DNA of 50,432 nucleotides. Origin: a virus (lineage: Duplodnaviria; Caudoviricetes). Shown one piece after another: positions 1 to 8,326 of the stretch. The stretch spans positions 1 through 50,432 of IMG/VR virus record IMGVR_UViG_3300047388_000082; one strand, written 5' to 3'. The notes under the pieces are model-generated. The model ran no database searches. It saw only the letters and a list, made by a program, of their open reading frames with translations, and was not told where the DNA came from. Both the position numbers and the translations under genes were made by a program. Positions within the stretch are counted from its first letter, which is position 1. Every line of letters starts with the position of its first letter.

Positions 1-45
1 ATAGATGTGGGCGAGCTCGTCGTCGTGGTGCCAGGCGAGCTCGTA
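1..45. repeat. Terminal direct repeat, left copy (circular overlap)
   Basis: 1-45 matches 50388-50432 with a single G/T mismatch at repeat position 19; an ORF reads continuously across the join. Confidence 0.95.
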
Positions 46-240
46 GCCCAGCTTGCACAGGATGATGTCGGCGGTGTCGAACCACATCGACTCGCGCTCT
101 CCCACCATGATGGCGTGGATCGTGCGGACGTTGACACCAGTCACGTGCATGACATCCATATACGTTCTCTCGTCGTCGAGTGAGAGCCAAGCAGCGATGT
201 ACCGCTTGACGATCCTCGTCGGAACGAAGGGTCCGTGCAA
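1..240 (-). CDS. XRE/Cro-CI-like HTH protein spanning the circular junction (ends at TGA 50376-50378); repressor candidate
   Basis: GGAGG RBS then TTG at 240: MHGPFVPTRIVKRYIAAWLSLDDERTYMDVMHVTGVNVRTIHAIMVGERESMWFDTADIILCKLGYELAWHHDDELAHIY+AAA*; HTH-like pattern; absent from the ORF track. Confidence 0.65.
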   Translation of the reverse strand, partial: MHGPFVPTRIVKRYIAAWLSLDDERTYMDVMHVTGVNVRTIHAIMVGERESMWFDTADIILCKLGYELAWHHDDELAHIY

Positions 241-251
241 GGGCTCCTCCC

Positions 252-272
252 ATTTGTTCTGTTTTTGTTCTC
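252..272 (+). promoter_or_regulatory. Putative integrase arm-type site pair (left of attP core)
   Basis: ATTTGTTCTGTTTTTGTTCTC, repeated at 462-482 with 1 mismatch; each copy has two TGTTCT units. Confidence 0.7.
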
Positions 273-387
273 ATCGGGAGGTAAACGGACGACATCAGAG
301 GACACGAGTGAGAGCTATCTACCCCCTGAAATGTCCATTCGGACTGCGTTCTCGTGTCGTCCCGTTACCCTAGGTTCCTAGGTTCGC

Positions 388-434
388 CTTCACTCGTAAT
401 GAAGGGGTCCGGGGTTCGATTCCCCGCGTCGGCT
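388..434 (+). mobile_element. attP: attP core: 3' half of tRNA-Thr(CGT)
   Basis: Anticodon arm CTTCA-CTCGTAA-TGAAG, T arm CGGGG-TTCGATT-CCCCG, acceptor 3' strand CGTCGGC-T; no 5' half or D arm; 400 nt downstream of a tyrosine integrase. Confidence 0.88.
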
Positions 435-716
435 CTAGGATTCTAGACTCGGCCCATCGGGATTTGTTCTGTTTGTGTTCTCCCTCGTTACTCCGGAGAG
501 GTTGCGGGGGTACACCAACCCGAGTTCAACCTCGGTCACGTGGATGCTGTGATAGTCGTGGTGCCACGACCCGTGCCCGTAGGTGTAGGTCATTCCCTCT
601 GCTGCCTTCTTGAGGCCGGGGATCTCGTCGTAGTTGGCGGTGACTCCGATGAGGTGGCCTTCGCCACACCCGCAGTAGTAATCACCACACTCACCATGTA
701 GTACCCAGACCTTCAT
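435..716 (-). CDS. Hypothetical protein (93 aa)
   Basis: ATG overlapping an upstream stop; ends immediately beside the attP core. Confidence 0.6.
   Translation of the reverse strand: MKVWVLHGECGDYYCGCGEGHLIGVTANYDEIPGLKKAAEGMTYTYGHGSWHHDYHSIHVTEVELGLVYPRNLSGVTRENTNRTNPDGPSLES
462..482 (+). promoter_or_regulatory. Putative integrase arm-type site pair (right of attP core)
   Basis: ATTTGTTCTGTTTGTGTTCTC, direct repeat of 252-272. Confidence 0.7.
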
Positions 717-916
717 CTGATCGGCTCGAGCGTTCGGTAAATAGTGCGAGGAGGGACATCAAGCTCCACGACTACCTCCACGTGGTCGTATCCAGCCTCC
801 CGGTTCTCTGCGGCAGCACGCTTCTCAGCCCACTCCTTGTCCGCTGGACCGCACGTCAGGTAGATCTTCTCGGGCCGTCTTGATGAGTCCTTCTGCGTCG
901 ATAGTTTCTGCGTCAC
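713..916 (-). CDS. Small hypothetical protein overlapping the integrase 3' end
   Basis: GAGGAG then GTG at 916; stop coupled to the next ATG; start uncertain. Confidence 0.4.
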   Translation of the reverse strand: MTQKLSTQKDSSRRPEKIYLTCGPADKEWAEKRAAAENREAGYDHVEVVVELDVPPRTIYRTLEPIR

Positions 917-1931
917 GTAGCTCCTCGATGATGTTGACGTAGGTTGAGAGGAGCGTTTGGACCGTGTGGCCCATCTGCTCCGCAATGACTGCAGGGTTAC
1001 GCCCCTCAGCAAAGAGAAGAGAGGCGAACGTGTGTCGAAGATCATAAGGCCTTACACCGTCTGGGGCGGCTTCGGCCCAGCTTCGATTGCGCCAGTTACG
1101 GTAGTCCGTGTCCTTCCAGGGCTTCCCATCCCTTCGCGGGAATACCAGGCCGTCTCGCTTACCGGATGCCAGCTTCCATCCTCGTGCATCTCCCAGAGCG
1201 GGCCCGTAAGGCCTAACGACGCGACCATTCCCGGTCTTAGTCGGTCCCGTAGATCCAAAACTGACAGAGGCCCGGACACTGATGGTCTGGAGGCCGATGT
1301 CCTCCCACTCAAGTGCAAGAGCTTCACCAGGCCGTAGGCCCGCATACGCCAGAAGAGAAACCAGTGTGGCATCTCTTGGGGCCAGCTGAGCACGGACTGC
1401 TTCAACTTCGGCAGGAGTGAGAGGATGGGGCCTAGACTTTCTAGATCGGGCAGGTTTCTTCACCACCTTCGTAGGATTGATTCTCAGGCGCCGCCACTCC
1501 ACGGCCCGCTCGAGGACACCTTGGAGGAACGAGAGCGTCTTACGGGCTGTCTCATCCCCGTTAGCGTCGATGATGCGGTCGCGCATGTCGGCCACCAGAT
1601 CGGGTGTGATGCGGCGGAGCGTGGTCGTCCCCAGGGCCGGCTTCACGAAGCGAGCCTCCAGATCCTTGTACGCCCTGCGAGTGCTCTCGGCCAAGAAGCG
1701 GTTGCCATGGCGCTCCCACCACTCGGCCAAGAACTCGTTCAGTGTCTCTTGCCCAGCATCCAGCTCGGCGAGATCGCCCCGCCTCTTGGCGAGGTTCACC
1801 ATGGACTCGAACGCAACCGCGTCCTTGCGAAGGTCGAAGGTCTTGTTGCGATAGTTGCCTCGGGCTGAGGAGTCGTAGTAGTGCACGAGGTAGACCGTTC
1901 CCTTCTTGCGGTTGTGTCTCTGGATGCTCAT
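825..1931 (-). CDS. int: Tyrosine integrase
   Basis: AGGAGG RBS, MSIQRH start; AGLRPGEALAL (Arg I), YDLRHT, MGH and catalytic Tyr (STYVN). Confidence 0.95.
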   Translation of the reverse strand: MSIQRHNRKKGTVYLVHYYDSSARGNYRNKTFDLRKDAVAFESMVNLAKRRGDLAELDAGQETLNEFLAEWWERHGNRFLAESTRRAYKDLEARFVKPALGTTTLRRITPDLVADMRDRIIDANGDETARKTLSFLQGVLERAVEWRRLRINPTKVVKKPARSRKSRPHPLTPAEVEAVRAQLAPRDATLVSLLAYAGLRPGEALALEWEDIGLQTISVRASVSFGSTGPTKTGNGRVVRPYGPALGDARGWKLASGKRDGLVFPRRDGKPWKDTDYRNWRNRSWAEAAPDGVRPYDLRHTFASLLFAEGRNPAVIAEQMGHTVQTLLSTYVNIIEELRDAETIDAEGLIKTAREDLPDVRSSGQGVG

Positions 1932-1938
1932 GTTCCTC

Positions 1939-2154
1939 CTAGTAGATGTGGTAGTCGGAGGTAAGTACGGCGATCCCGTCGTTGATACCGGAGATCGCAC
2001 CGGCCAGTTCTTTGCGTGATTCGATGTCTTCCTTCATGAGGGCGTTCGTTACCTCCATGATCCTGCGGTTCTCGTCGATCCGTTCGTCGAGCCGCTCCAT
2101 CCGCTTCTCGTAGTCCGAGAGCTTCTCCTGGAGCAGACGCACAGCCACGTTCAT
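1939..2154 (-). CDS. Small coiled-coil protein
   Basis: ORF track; heptad-like sequence; coupled to neighbours. Confidence 0.7.
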   Translation of the reverse strand: MNVAVRLLQEKLSDYEKRMERLDERIDENRRIMEVTNALMKEDIESRKELAGAISGINDGIAVLTSDYHIY

Positions 2155-2420
2155 TTGTCCCTCAGTTCACGGACTGTGCGGAACTCGGGGAAAGTCAGGT
2201 CCCCGTCAGCAGCCGCCAGGAGGGCGGCGTTCTCCCACCCGATCGGCATGCGGTCATGCTTGTGAGAGAACTGCGAGTGCATCCGGCCATAGGCCAACCC
2301 ACGAGCTCGAGCTGCCTGCTCGTAGCTCTCGTGTCCCTCACAGGGTGAGAGGTGGTTGAAGGCGAACACCGTGCAGCCACACGGCAGTGTCTTGTTCCCG
2401 AGGTGGCCGTAGCCAGTCAA
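2151..2420 (-). CDS. Hypothetical protein
   Basis: ORF track; overlapping stop/start with neighbours. Confidence 0.6.
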   Translation of the reverse strand: MTGYGHLGNKTLPCGCTVFAFNHLSPCEGHESYEQAARARGLAYGRMHSQFSHKHDRMPIGWENAALLAAADGDLTFPEFRTVRELRDK

Positions 2421-2596
2421 AACCCGAGCTCGGCCTCGACGACCTCATAGAGAGGACCGATCCCGTAAGCCCCTTGAAGGAGCCCTAGACACTCCTCGAC
2501 ACCAGCGTCGATCTTGGTGCCGTCATTCAGAAGATCCATCCGCTGTTCCACGAGTCCGTGGTTGCGGAGGATCTCGATCAGATCGCGTACCGTCAT
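2417..2596 (-). CDS. Hypothetical protein (59 aa)
   Basis: MTVRDLIEILRNHG...AELGF*; ATGA coupling; below the ORF-track cutoff. Confidence 0.7.
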   Translation of the reverse strand: MTVRDLIEILRNHGLVEQRMDLLNDGTKIDAGVEECLGLLQGAYGIGPLYEVVEAELGF

Positions 2597-2766
2597 GCAA
2601 CCCTCGCTTTCGTGATGTAGGCGTCCAGGTCCGCCGCCTTGATGCGGTAGCGACCCCGGAACTGATAGGCCCGGAGAGTGCCGGCCTGGATCTCGTTGTA
2701 CACAGCCCTTGTGGAGAGGCCCAGCAACGTGGCGACCTCAGAGGGCGATACGAAGCCTAGACTCAT
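2593..2766 (-). CDS. xis: Excisionase-family HTH DNA-binding protein (57 aa)
   Basis: AAGGAGG RBS; MSLGFVSPSEVATLLGLSTRAVYNEIQAGTLRAYQFRGRYRIKAADLDAYI is a typical MerR-like Xis pattern; absent from the ORF track. Confidence 0.85.
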   Translation of the reverse strand: MSLGFVSPSEVATLLGLSTRAVYNEIQAGTLRAYQFRGRYRIKAADLDAYITKARVA

Positions 2767-3019
2767 CTTCCTCCTTGTCGAGGTTTACGGACACGAGCTC
2801 GTGGGGAAACACGATGTGACGCAGATCGCGCAATGCTGAACTGGCGTCACTCGCTTCCCTCTGTGCCGTGAATCCGATTGTCCCATCACCCGCAGTGATG
2901 GCTGTATCTATGAAACCGAAGTTCGTCAAACGTGCCCCAAGTACCCGGAGCTCCTCGACCAGATCCACGTATGGACCGAGCGTCATTAGCACCGAGATGG
3001 TGAAGAGGTCAACTTCCAA
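2738..3019 (-). CDS. Hypothetical protein, possible HicB-like antitoxin domain
   Basis: GAAGGGA RBS + TTG; directly downstream of the HicA-like gene. Confidence 0.45.
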   Translation of the reverse strand: MEVDLFTISVLMTLGPYVDLVEELRVLGARLTNFGFIDTAITAGDGTIGFTAQREASDASSALRDLRHIVFPHELVSVNLDKEEDESRLRIAL

Positions 3020-3206
3020 AGGTCCCTTCGTACTGCGTAGTGGGGTTCACCGGGGGAACCGGATCGTGATCGGCGTTCGTAATTCGCCCGAGGTGATACG
3101 ACGCAGGAAAGGTCGTCCCTTGAGAGCTTCGGCACCTTAGCGGAAGCTAAGAGCGTCTGCTGTACGAATTAGAACTCTTACACAGGTTCCCCCGGAAGGG
3201 GTAGGC

Positions 3207-3404
3207 CTACAACACTCCGCGCTGACGGAGCTGCGACCGTAGGTTCTGTTCCCAGCGCCCACGGCCGGGAGTCAAGGGCAAGGATGCGATGGTGCCCCCA
3301 CCGTTCTTGCCCTTCACTAGGATGTGCGTTCTCCCCTGCTCAACGGAATGCCCGTTGGCCTCGATCTCCCTGATGATTTTCTTGATGTCTCTGTGCATCG
3401 GCAA
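3207..3404 (-). CDS. HicA-like toxin (mRNA interferase fold)
   Basis: 65-aa basic protein: DIKKIIREIEANGHSVEQGRTHILV...LPLTPG...NLRSQLRQRG. Confidence 0.7.
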   Translation of the reverse strand: MPMHRDIKKIIREIEANGHSVEQGRTHILVKGKNGGGTIASLPLTPGRGRWEQNLRSQLRQRGVL

Positions 3405-3474
3405 TGCTGCACTCGGTTAGGACAGGGGGTCCCGAGACAGACGTCGTTCCTTTCTACTGATGGAGGTTTCTGGT

Positions 3475-4506
3475 TTAAGCCCCCGCTAGCGTCCAGCCTG
3501 GCGAAGTCACGTTCAAGTGACCGTGTTTGAGCCAGCTGTAGCCTTGCACCCACGTCGGGAAGGTAGTGGTCCGCTGGAGGTAAGCAGTCTTGTTCCTGTC
3601 GAACAAGCCTCCTCCTTCCGCCACGATCTTCTGCCCGTCCACGCCGTATCCTACGGCACAATGATGTGAATGGGCGGTTATGACGTTGGCATTGACCTTC
3701 GACGCGATCTTTCGAGCTGAGGTCAGCGGCACGCTGTTGTAGCTCTGAGGATGACAGACGTACCAGGGCGTACTTCCCTCAAACCCGTCCTCGATCCACA
3801 TATGGTCAAGGTTCGTGAAGACCATCCGGTCGACGGCCTCCGCTCCTAGACTGCCGAAGACCATCTTCATGGCCTCCTTGAACTGCATGGCAAAGCCCAG
3901 GGCCCTATGCAACCTAGCGTCATGGTTGCCCCAAATGTAGTAGATCGTGTCGAACGTTTCAAGCAGCACGTTCATGACGGCCATACCCTCGCGGAGTTCC
4001 CGCTCTAGGCCTGCGTTCTGCTGCTTGGGGTCGTACTGCGAGAGACTGTCGAAGTTGAAGAAGTCTCCCGAGATGAGGAGGGCGCTCAAGTCGTTCTCCC
4101 TCGCTGTCCGGATCATCGAGTTGACGAGGTTTGGATCGTACAACGGGATGTGCCAGTCAGCCGTGATCATGAGATCGCCTGTGTGAACCAGCGGCTTGTC
4201 GAGGACGAACTCGAAGCTGTCCCCGATCTCGATGGGCGTCGCCTGCCATTCGTATTCGATCGAGGCGAGGGCGCGGCGAACCGTGCTCTCATTGACCCCG
4301 AACCGAAGACCGATCTGGCGATTGGACTCGCCGGCATCTGCCCAGCGTGCGTAGATCTCAGGGGCGATCTTGCGTGTTGAAGTTGCTATCGTCTCGCTCC
4401 ATTCAGGTAGGTGGTCAGTGTCTCCAGTCCGGATCGGTACCGTCGTGACACAGCCATTGCGCTCACGCCGAGAAGAACCCCGGCAGTGCGTGTGGCGATT
4501 CCACAC
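3475..4506 (-). CDS. Calcineurin-like metallophosphoesterase with N-terminal HTH (true start probably near 4390)
   Basis: ADWH, GDFFN, GNHD and AHSHH motifs; SNRQIGLRFGVNESTVRRAL HTH. Confidence 0.85.
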   Translation of the reverse strand: MWNRHTHCRGSSRRERNGCVTTVPIRTGDTDHLPEWSETIATSTRKIAPEIYARWADAGESNRQIGLRFGVNESTVRRALASIEYEWQATPIEIGDSFEFVLDKPLVHTGDLMITADWHIPLYDPNLVNSMIRTARENDLSALLISGDFFNFDSLSQYDPKQQNAGLERELREGMAVMNVLLETFDTIYYIWGNHDARLHRALGFAMQFKEAMKMVFGSLGAEAVDRMVFTNLDHMWIEDGFEGSTPWYVCHPQSYNSVPLTSARKIASKVNANVITAHSHHCAVGYGVDGQKIVAEGGGLFDRNKTAYLQRTTTFPTWVQGYSWLKHGHLNVTSPGWTLAGA

Positions 4507-4700
4507 ATTCCACAGAGGAGCACGGCTTCGAGCTCCTTGCGGTTGAGTCGCTTGAGCGCAGTGTCTATGTCAGCGAGCACGAGAAGCGCGTAGAGGGAGC
4601 CACCAGGCACGGTGTCCTTCCTCTCACGACGCTCCTCGTACTCCTCGATCCAATCTCGGACTTCGGTGAGCCGGTAGTTAGCCTTCAACCGGGGCGCCAT
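4386..4700 (-). CDS. Sigma-70 region 4-like HTH protein
   Basis: DIDTALKRLNRKELEAVLL...TAGVLLGVSAMAVSRRYRSGLETL. Confidence 0.75.
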   Translation of the reverse strand: MAPRLKANYRLTEVRDWIEEYEERRERKDTVPGGSLYALLVLADIDTALKRLNRKELEAVLLCGMCGIATRTAGVLLGVSAMAVSRRYRSGLETLTTYLNGARR

Positions 4701-4926
4701 GTGTCATCCCCTGGTTGCGGCACTTCCGGACCCATGTCCTCATCGCGTTTCTCATGCCGGTGCCCGAAGGCTCCTTGCCGTTGAGCAACTGCTTGCAGAC
4801 GTACTCGGATGCTTCCTGCACCAGGTCGTCGTACTCAGCGTTGCCCTGTCCGCGAAAGCGGGAGGCGATTGCATGTACGCGTGGGAGATACTGTTCCACC
4901 CTCTCGTTTGAGAGGGCTACTGCCAC
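4678..4926 (-). CDS. Sigma-70 region 2-like protein
   Basis: VEQYLPRVHAIASRF...YDDLVQEA. Confidence 0.75.
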   Translation of the reverse strand: MAVALSNERVEQYLPRVHAIASRFRGQGNAEYDDLVQEASEYVCKQLLNGKEPSGTGMRNAMRTWVRKCRNQGMTHGAPVEG

Positions 4927-5295
4927 CTAGAAGAGCGGTGCGTCGTCGGCCTTGGCTGCGGACTTCTGGGTGACCCCGCGAGTGTCGACCTTCTTGGCTC
5001 CCTTGGTGATAATCAGGGCATACGCCGTCAGGTTGAAGTACTCACGCGGGCTACCGTCAGCCGCCTGGCCTAGACTCTGGGTGAACTTCCCGTCAGCTGC
5101 GACGAAATCACCCTGCTTGATCGGCGTCTCGGCGAGGGCCTCAGCGAACTCAGGCCACACGGACACCTTCACGAGCTTCTGCGAGCCAACCGCGCGAATC
5201 GTGAACTCAGTCACGATCTGGCCGTTGACATCCTTCTCCTCGGCATCGCCGAACTGCACGAAGCCGGCTGCACTTGCATATGTGACGTCAGACAA
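4927..5295 (-). CDS. ssb: Single-stranded DNA-binding protein (OB fold)
   Basis: VSVW...IKQGDFVAADGK pattern and acidic-hydrophobic tail DDAPLF. Confidence 0.75.
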   Translation of the reverse strand: MSDVTYASAAGFVQFGDAEEKDVNGQIVTEFTIRAVGSQKLVKVSVWPEFAEALAETPIKQGDFVAADGKFTQSLGQAADGSPREYFNLTAYALIITKGAKKVDTRGVTQKSAAKADDAPLF

Positions 5296-5521
5296 CTATG
5301 TCCTCCTGTTCAGGTGTGTAGGGCACGGGCCCCTTTTCCAAGTACTCGGCTGCCTTACGGAGCCATCTCTCTGAGATCCACGAGACGAGCGTTCGGTTGC
5401 ACCTGTGACACAGGAGTCCCCGGACGTACATCTTGTAGTGGTCGTGATCCATGTCCAGCTTGCGGCGCTCGGACGGTGGACGGCCGCAGATTGCGCAGCC
5501 TCCGTCCTGATCAGCAAGCAT
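5288..5521 (-). CDS. Endonuclease VII-family resolvase
   Basis: QDGGCAICG...DHDH...VRGLLCHRCN; frame is open ~25 codons further upstream. Confidence 0.9.
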   Translation of the reverse strand: MLADQDGGCAICGRPPSERRKLDMDHDHYKMYVRGLLCHRCNRTLVSWISERWLRKAAEYLEKGPVPYTPEQEDIVV

Positions 5522-5573
5522 CAGGTCATAGAACTGACGGTATCCCTTGAGAAACTCCGCATGCTTGGTCGGC

Positions 5574-6023
5574 CTACGCCTCGGGCGCGGAATCGAACAT
5601 GCTCGGCTCTAGACTTTCAGCCGCTCCATCGATAACGATTTCCCTGATCCACCAGCCACCAGAGACCTCCACGAAGGCCATGCACTCGTAGAACTTCTCA
5701 TTGAGGAAGACCACAGTCTCGTCGTCGACGAACTTGTAGCCGTTCTCGAGGAGCTCGGCGTGCGTGACCCACAGGCGGTCATTGACGTCACGGTAGATCT
5801 TGGCCTGACTATCGGCCCGATGCGGGTAAGGAGACGGAGGCCCACCGGCCTCGTTCATCTTGTCGTGCATCGCGACAAGCTGCGTCCAGTCCTCATCCGG
5901 AGCCACCTTGTTGTTCGCCCAGGTGTCCTCCTCGCAGTCAGCCACTCGGCAGACAGCGACGAACGGCGGGTAGTTGATCCCGCACATAGAGCACCTGCGT
6001 GACTTGATCGTGTGCTCGTTCAT
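5574..6023 (-). CDS. Hypothetical protein with Zn-ribbon N-terminus
   Basis: MNEHTIKSRRCSMCGINYP...C; ATGA coupling. Confidence 0.7.
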   Translation of the reverse strand: MNEHTIKSRRCSMCGINYPPFVAVCRVADCEEDTWANNKVAPDEDWTQLVAMHDKMNEAGGPPSPYPHRADSQAKIYRDVNDRLWVTHAELLENGYKFVDDETVVFLNEKFYECMAFVEVSGGWWIREIVIDGAAESLEPSMFDSAPEA

Positions 6024-6109
6024 ACCCAACTCCACACCAGGGCTACAAGAATCCCAATGCCGATCGCGGGAATGATGAGTGCCATGAGGCAGTCGATAGC
6101 GACTCCCAT
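6020..6109 (-). CDS. 29-aa membrane peptide
   Basis: MGVAIDCLMALIIPAIGIGILVALVWSWV*; coupled at both ends. Confidence 0.55.
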   Translation of the reverse strand: MGVAIDCLMALIIPAIGIGILVALVWSWV

Positions 6110-6255
6110 CAGCCCTCCGTCCGGCGCCACTTGCGACACACGATGTAGACGCGGCCGTCAGTGACCTCGGCATGGAACGGCTTCCAGTTCTCCGGGAGTG
6201 CGATGTGCTCGCCTATCTTGTGAATGAACACCTGCACCTCGTGATAGCCGGTCAT
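6109..6255 (-). CDS. Small hypothetical protein (48 aa)
   Basis: MTGYHEVQVFIHK...WRRTEG*; TGATG coupling at both ends. Confidence 0.6.
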   Translation of the reverse strand: MTGYHEVQVFIHKIGEHIALPENWKPFHAEVTDGRVYIVCRKWRRTEG

Positions 6256-7565
6256 CAGAAGAGCACCTCCGGAGCGAGCCCGCCTACGAGGCGAACCCCA
6301 TCCTCGGTGTCCTTGATGGTCACGTTGATCACGTCACCCACAGGCTTGCGGCGGGACTTGTAGACGGCCATCGAGAGCTGGCAGATGCCAACACCCCGGA
6401 CGTCGAAGCCCCAGTCCACGCCTGCGCCAATGTCGCCTGACCCTGCCGTCCTCTTGAAGGAGGAGTTGGAGTCACCCTTGTTGGCGTGGTGGATCATGAT
6501 CACCGCAGCCCCGGTCTCCCGAGCCAGCGGCTTAATCGAGTCGTTGAACAACTTGTTCATCTCACCGGCCGAGTTCTCGTCGCCTGTGTGGATGCGTCTC
6601 ATTGCGTCGATGACGATGAGGGTGGGCTCGAACTCGAGCGCCTCTTCGATGAGCTCGTCCACGTTGCGATCCAGCCGGATGTTTTCGTTGTTGATGTAGC
6701 GGATGTTCTTGGCGTCCTCGGTGGTCATGCCCAGCTTGATCAGCCGGTCGTAGACCAGATCCTCGGGGTTCTCCTCGTCGATGTAGAGCACGCGGCCCTG
6801 CTCGAGCACCTTCTGCCCGATCCAGTCGCCACGGCCCTGAGCGATCGAGAGGGCCAGGTCCATCGTGAGCCAGGACTTACCGAGGTTGGGATCGCCCATA
6901 AGCAGGTGGACATCCCCTCGGCACATCAGCCCCTCTACCAACCAGCGGACGGGCGGCGGCTCTGCCGTCAGATCGAGAAGCTTGAAGCGGCTCTCGCTGA
7001 TGCCCTTGTGCTGAGTGAGGAGGCGGAGTGTGTCCAGGTCGTAGGTGTCGAAGAACTCACAGACGTCCTTGACGTCACGGGGGAGACGAATGCGTTGTGC
7101 CTTCCCTCGAAGGCTTGCCCGGATTTCCCGGTACGCATTGTCCACCCGGCCGACGACGTTGTAGTCCTTGTCGTTGTCCAGGATGACGAACACACGGTCG
7201 GTCTGGAGGAACGCGGATGACATCTCGTCACGCCACGACTCAATCCCGGACAGGCCCAGCACGCCTACACCATCTGCGCCGGCCTCCTGCCACAACCGCA
7301 TCGTGTCCGTCTCTCCTTCCACCAGGAAGCACACGGGCTTGTTCGCGTCCTGGCTGTTGAAGAGGTCGGGCTTCTGACCAGCGGTGAAGAAGAACTCTCT
7401 CTCGCCGTGTGGAATCCCCTTCCGCACCTTCTCACCGTTCGTGTACGGGAGGACGACAGCGCCATCCGTTCGCACACTCACGTTGAAGTGGGTAAGGGTC
7501 TCCGGTGTGATGCTCCTCTCTTTGAGGAACCACTCTGCCACGGCGGGCATGAGTTCCGACACCAC
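6255..7565 (-). CDS. Primase-helicase (TOPRIM + RecA-like/AAA helicase)
   Basis: LVEGETD and LDND TOPRIM motifs; Walker A GDPNLGKS; Walker B IVID; IHHANK. Confidence 0.92.
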   Translation of the reverse strand: MVSELMPAVAEWFLKERSITPETLTHFNVSVRTDGAVVLPYTNGEKVRKGIPHGEREFFFTAGQKPDLFNSQDANKPVCFLVEGETDTMRLWQEAGADGVGVLGLSGIESWRDEMSSAFLQTDRVFVILDNDKDYNVVGRVDNAYREIRASLRGKAQRIRLPRDVKDVCEFFDTYDLDTLRLLTQHKGISESRFKLLDLTAEPPPVRWLVEGLMCRGDVHLLMGDPNLGKSWLTMDLALSIAQGRGDWIGQKVLEQGRVLYIDEENPEDLVYDRLIKLGMTTEDAKNIRYINNENIRLDRNVDELIEEALEFEPTLIVIDAMRRIHTGDENSAGEMNKLFNDSIKPLARETGAAVIMIHHANKGDSNSSFKRTAGSGDIGAGVDWGFDVRGVGICQLSMAVYKSRRKPVGDVINVTIKDTEDGVRLVGGLAPEVLF

Positions 7566-7798
7566 TAAATTGCCGTGCCTAGACTGCCGTTCTCGTTGAA
7601 GATCTCAACAAGATCGCTGATCGTGTTGATGAACTTCTCCTGCTCACGAATCAGAACACGAAGTCTTTTGTTCGAGTCCTTGAGATCTTCGTTCGCTCGC
7701 TTGAGTCGAACGAGCACCTCGAAAGGCGTCTCGAGCTCGTGCACTTCGTGATAACGAATCGTACGACACAGTTTGCACTGCGGCTCATACTCGCTCAT
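7565..7798 (-). CDS. Hypothetical coiled-coil protein
   Basis: ORF track; CxxC followed by coiled coil. Confidence 0.65.
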   Translation of the reverse strand: MSEYEPQCKLCRTIRYHEVHELETPFEVLVRLKRANEDLKDSNKRLRVLIREQEKFINTISDLVEIFNENGSLGTAI

Positions 7799-8323
7799 TC
7801 ATACCCCCAGTCTGTTCAGTTGTCGGAGGGTCCTGGGCCAGTCCCCGTCGAAGCGGATGGCCTTGTCGTCGATGTATGCGACTGCGCTGAGCTTGCCCTC
7901 ACGGACGTGGGGGTAGCCAACGAAGATGTCGACCTCCTGCAGGTTCGCGTCGTCCAGCATACGCCGGATGTACGCGATCTCTCCCTCGGGGAGTTTGGGG
8001 TCGAGCTTCTCGTTCCAGTCGTAGAAGGAGACACCTACGATGCGGGTGCTCCAGATCATGACCGTGTACTTCTCGGCGAGCCTTGCCAGGGCCTTCTTAG
8101 CTCCAGGGAGCCAGTCACCCTGCTTCGGCCAGACGCCTTCCACACACGTGCCGTCCCAATCGACGGCTAGTACCGGCTTCCTCGCGATGGGATCCCTTTC
8201 TCTTGGAGCTCGAGCACGGGCTTCCACTTCGTTCCGTCGTCGGGCAAGAATGTCGGATCGCACAGAGTGCAGATCTTCCAGTGACCGTACGGAACCATGT
8301 TCGGATTCCCGCATCTCAAGCAT
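7799..8323 (-). CDS. HAD-superfamily phosphatase/nucleotidase
   Basis: AVDWDGT (DxD motif I) and YIDDKA (motif IV). Confidence 0.8.
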   Translation of the reverse strand: MLEMRESEHGSVRSLEDLHSVRSDILARRRNEVEARARAPRERDPIARKPVLAVDWDGTCVEGVWPKQGDWLPGAKKALARLAEKYTVMIWSTRIVGVSFYDWNEKLDPKLPEGEIAYIRRMLDDANLQEVDIFVGYPHVREGKLSAVAYIDDKAIRFDGDWPRTLRQLNRLGV

Positions 8324-8326
8324 GTG

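Noticed and set aside
1-45. Terminal 45-bp repeat as attL/attR of an integrated prophage
   Set aside because: It lies inside a continuous ORF and a separate intact tRNA-type attP exists at 388-434; a circular overlap fits better
388-434. Functional tRNA-Thr gene
   Set aside because: The 5' acceptor strand and D arm are absent
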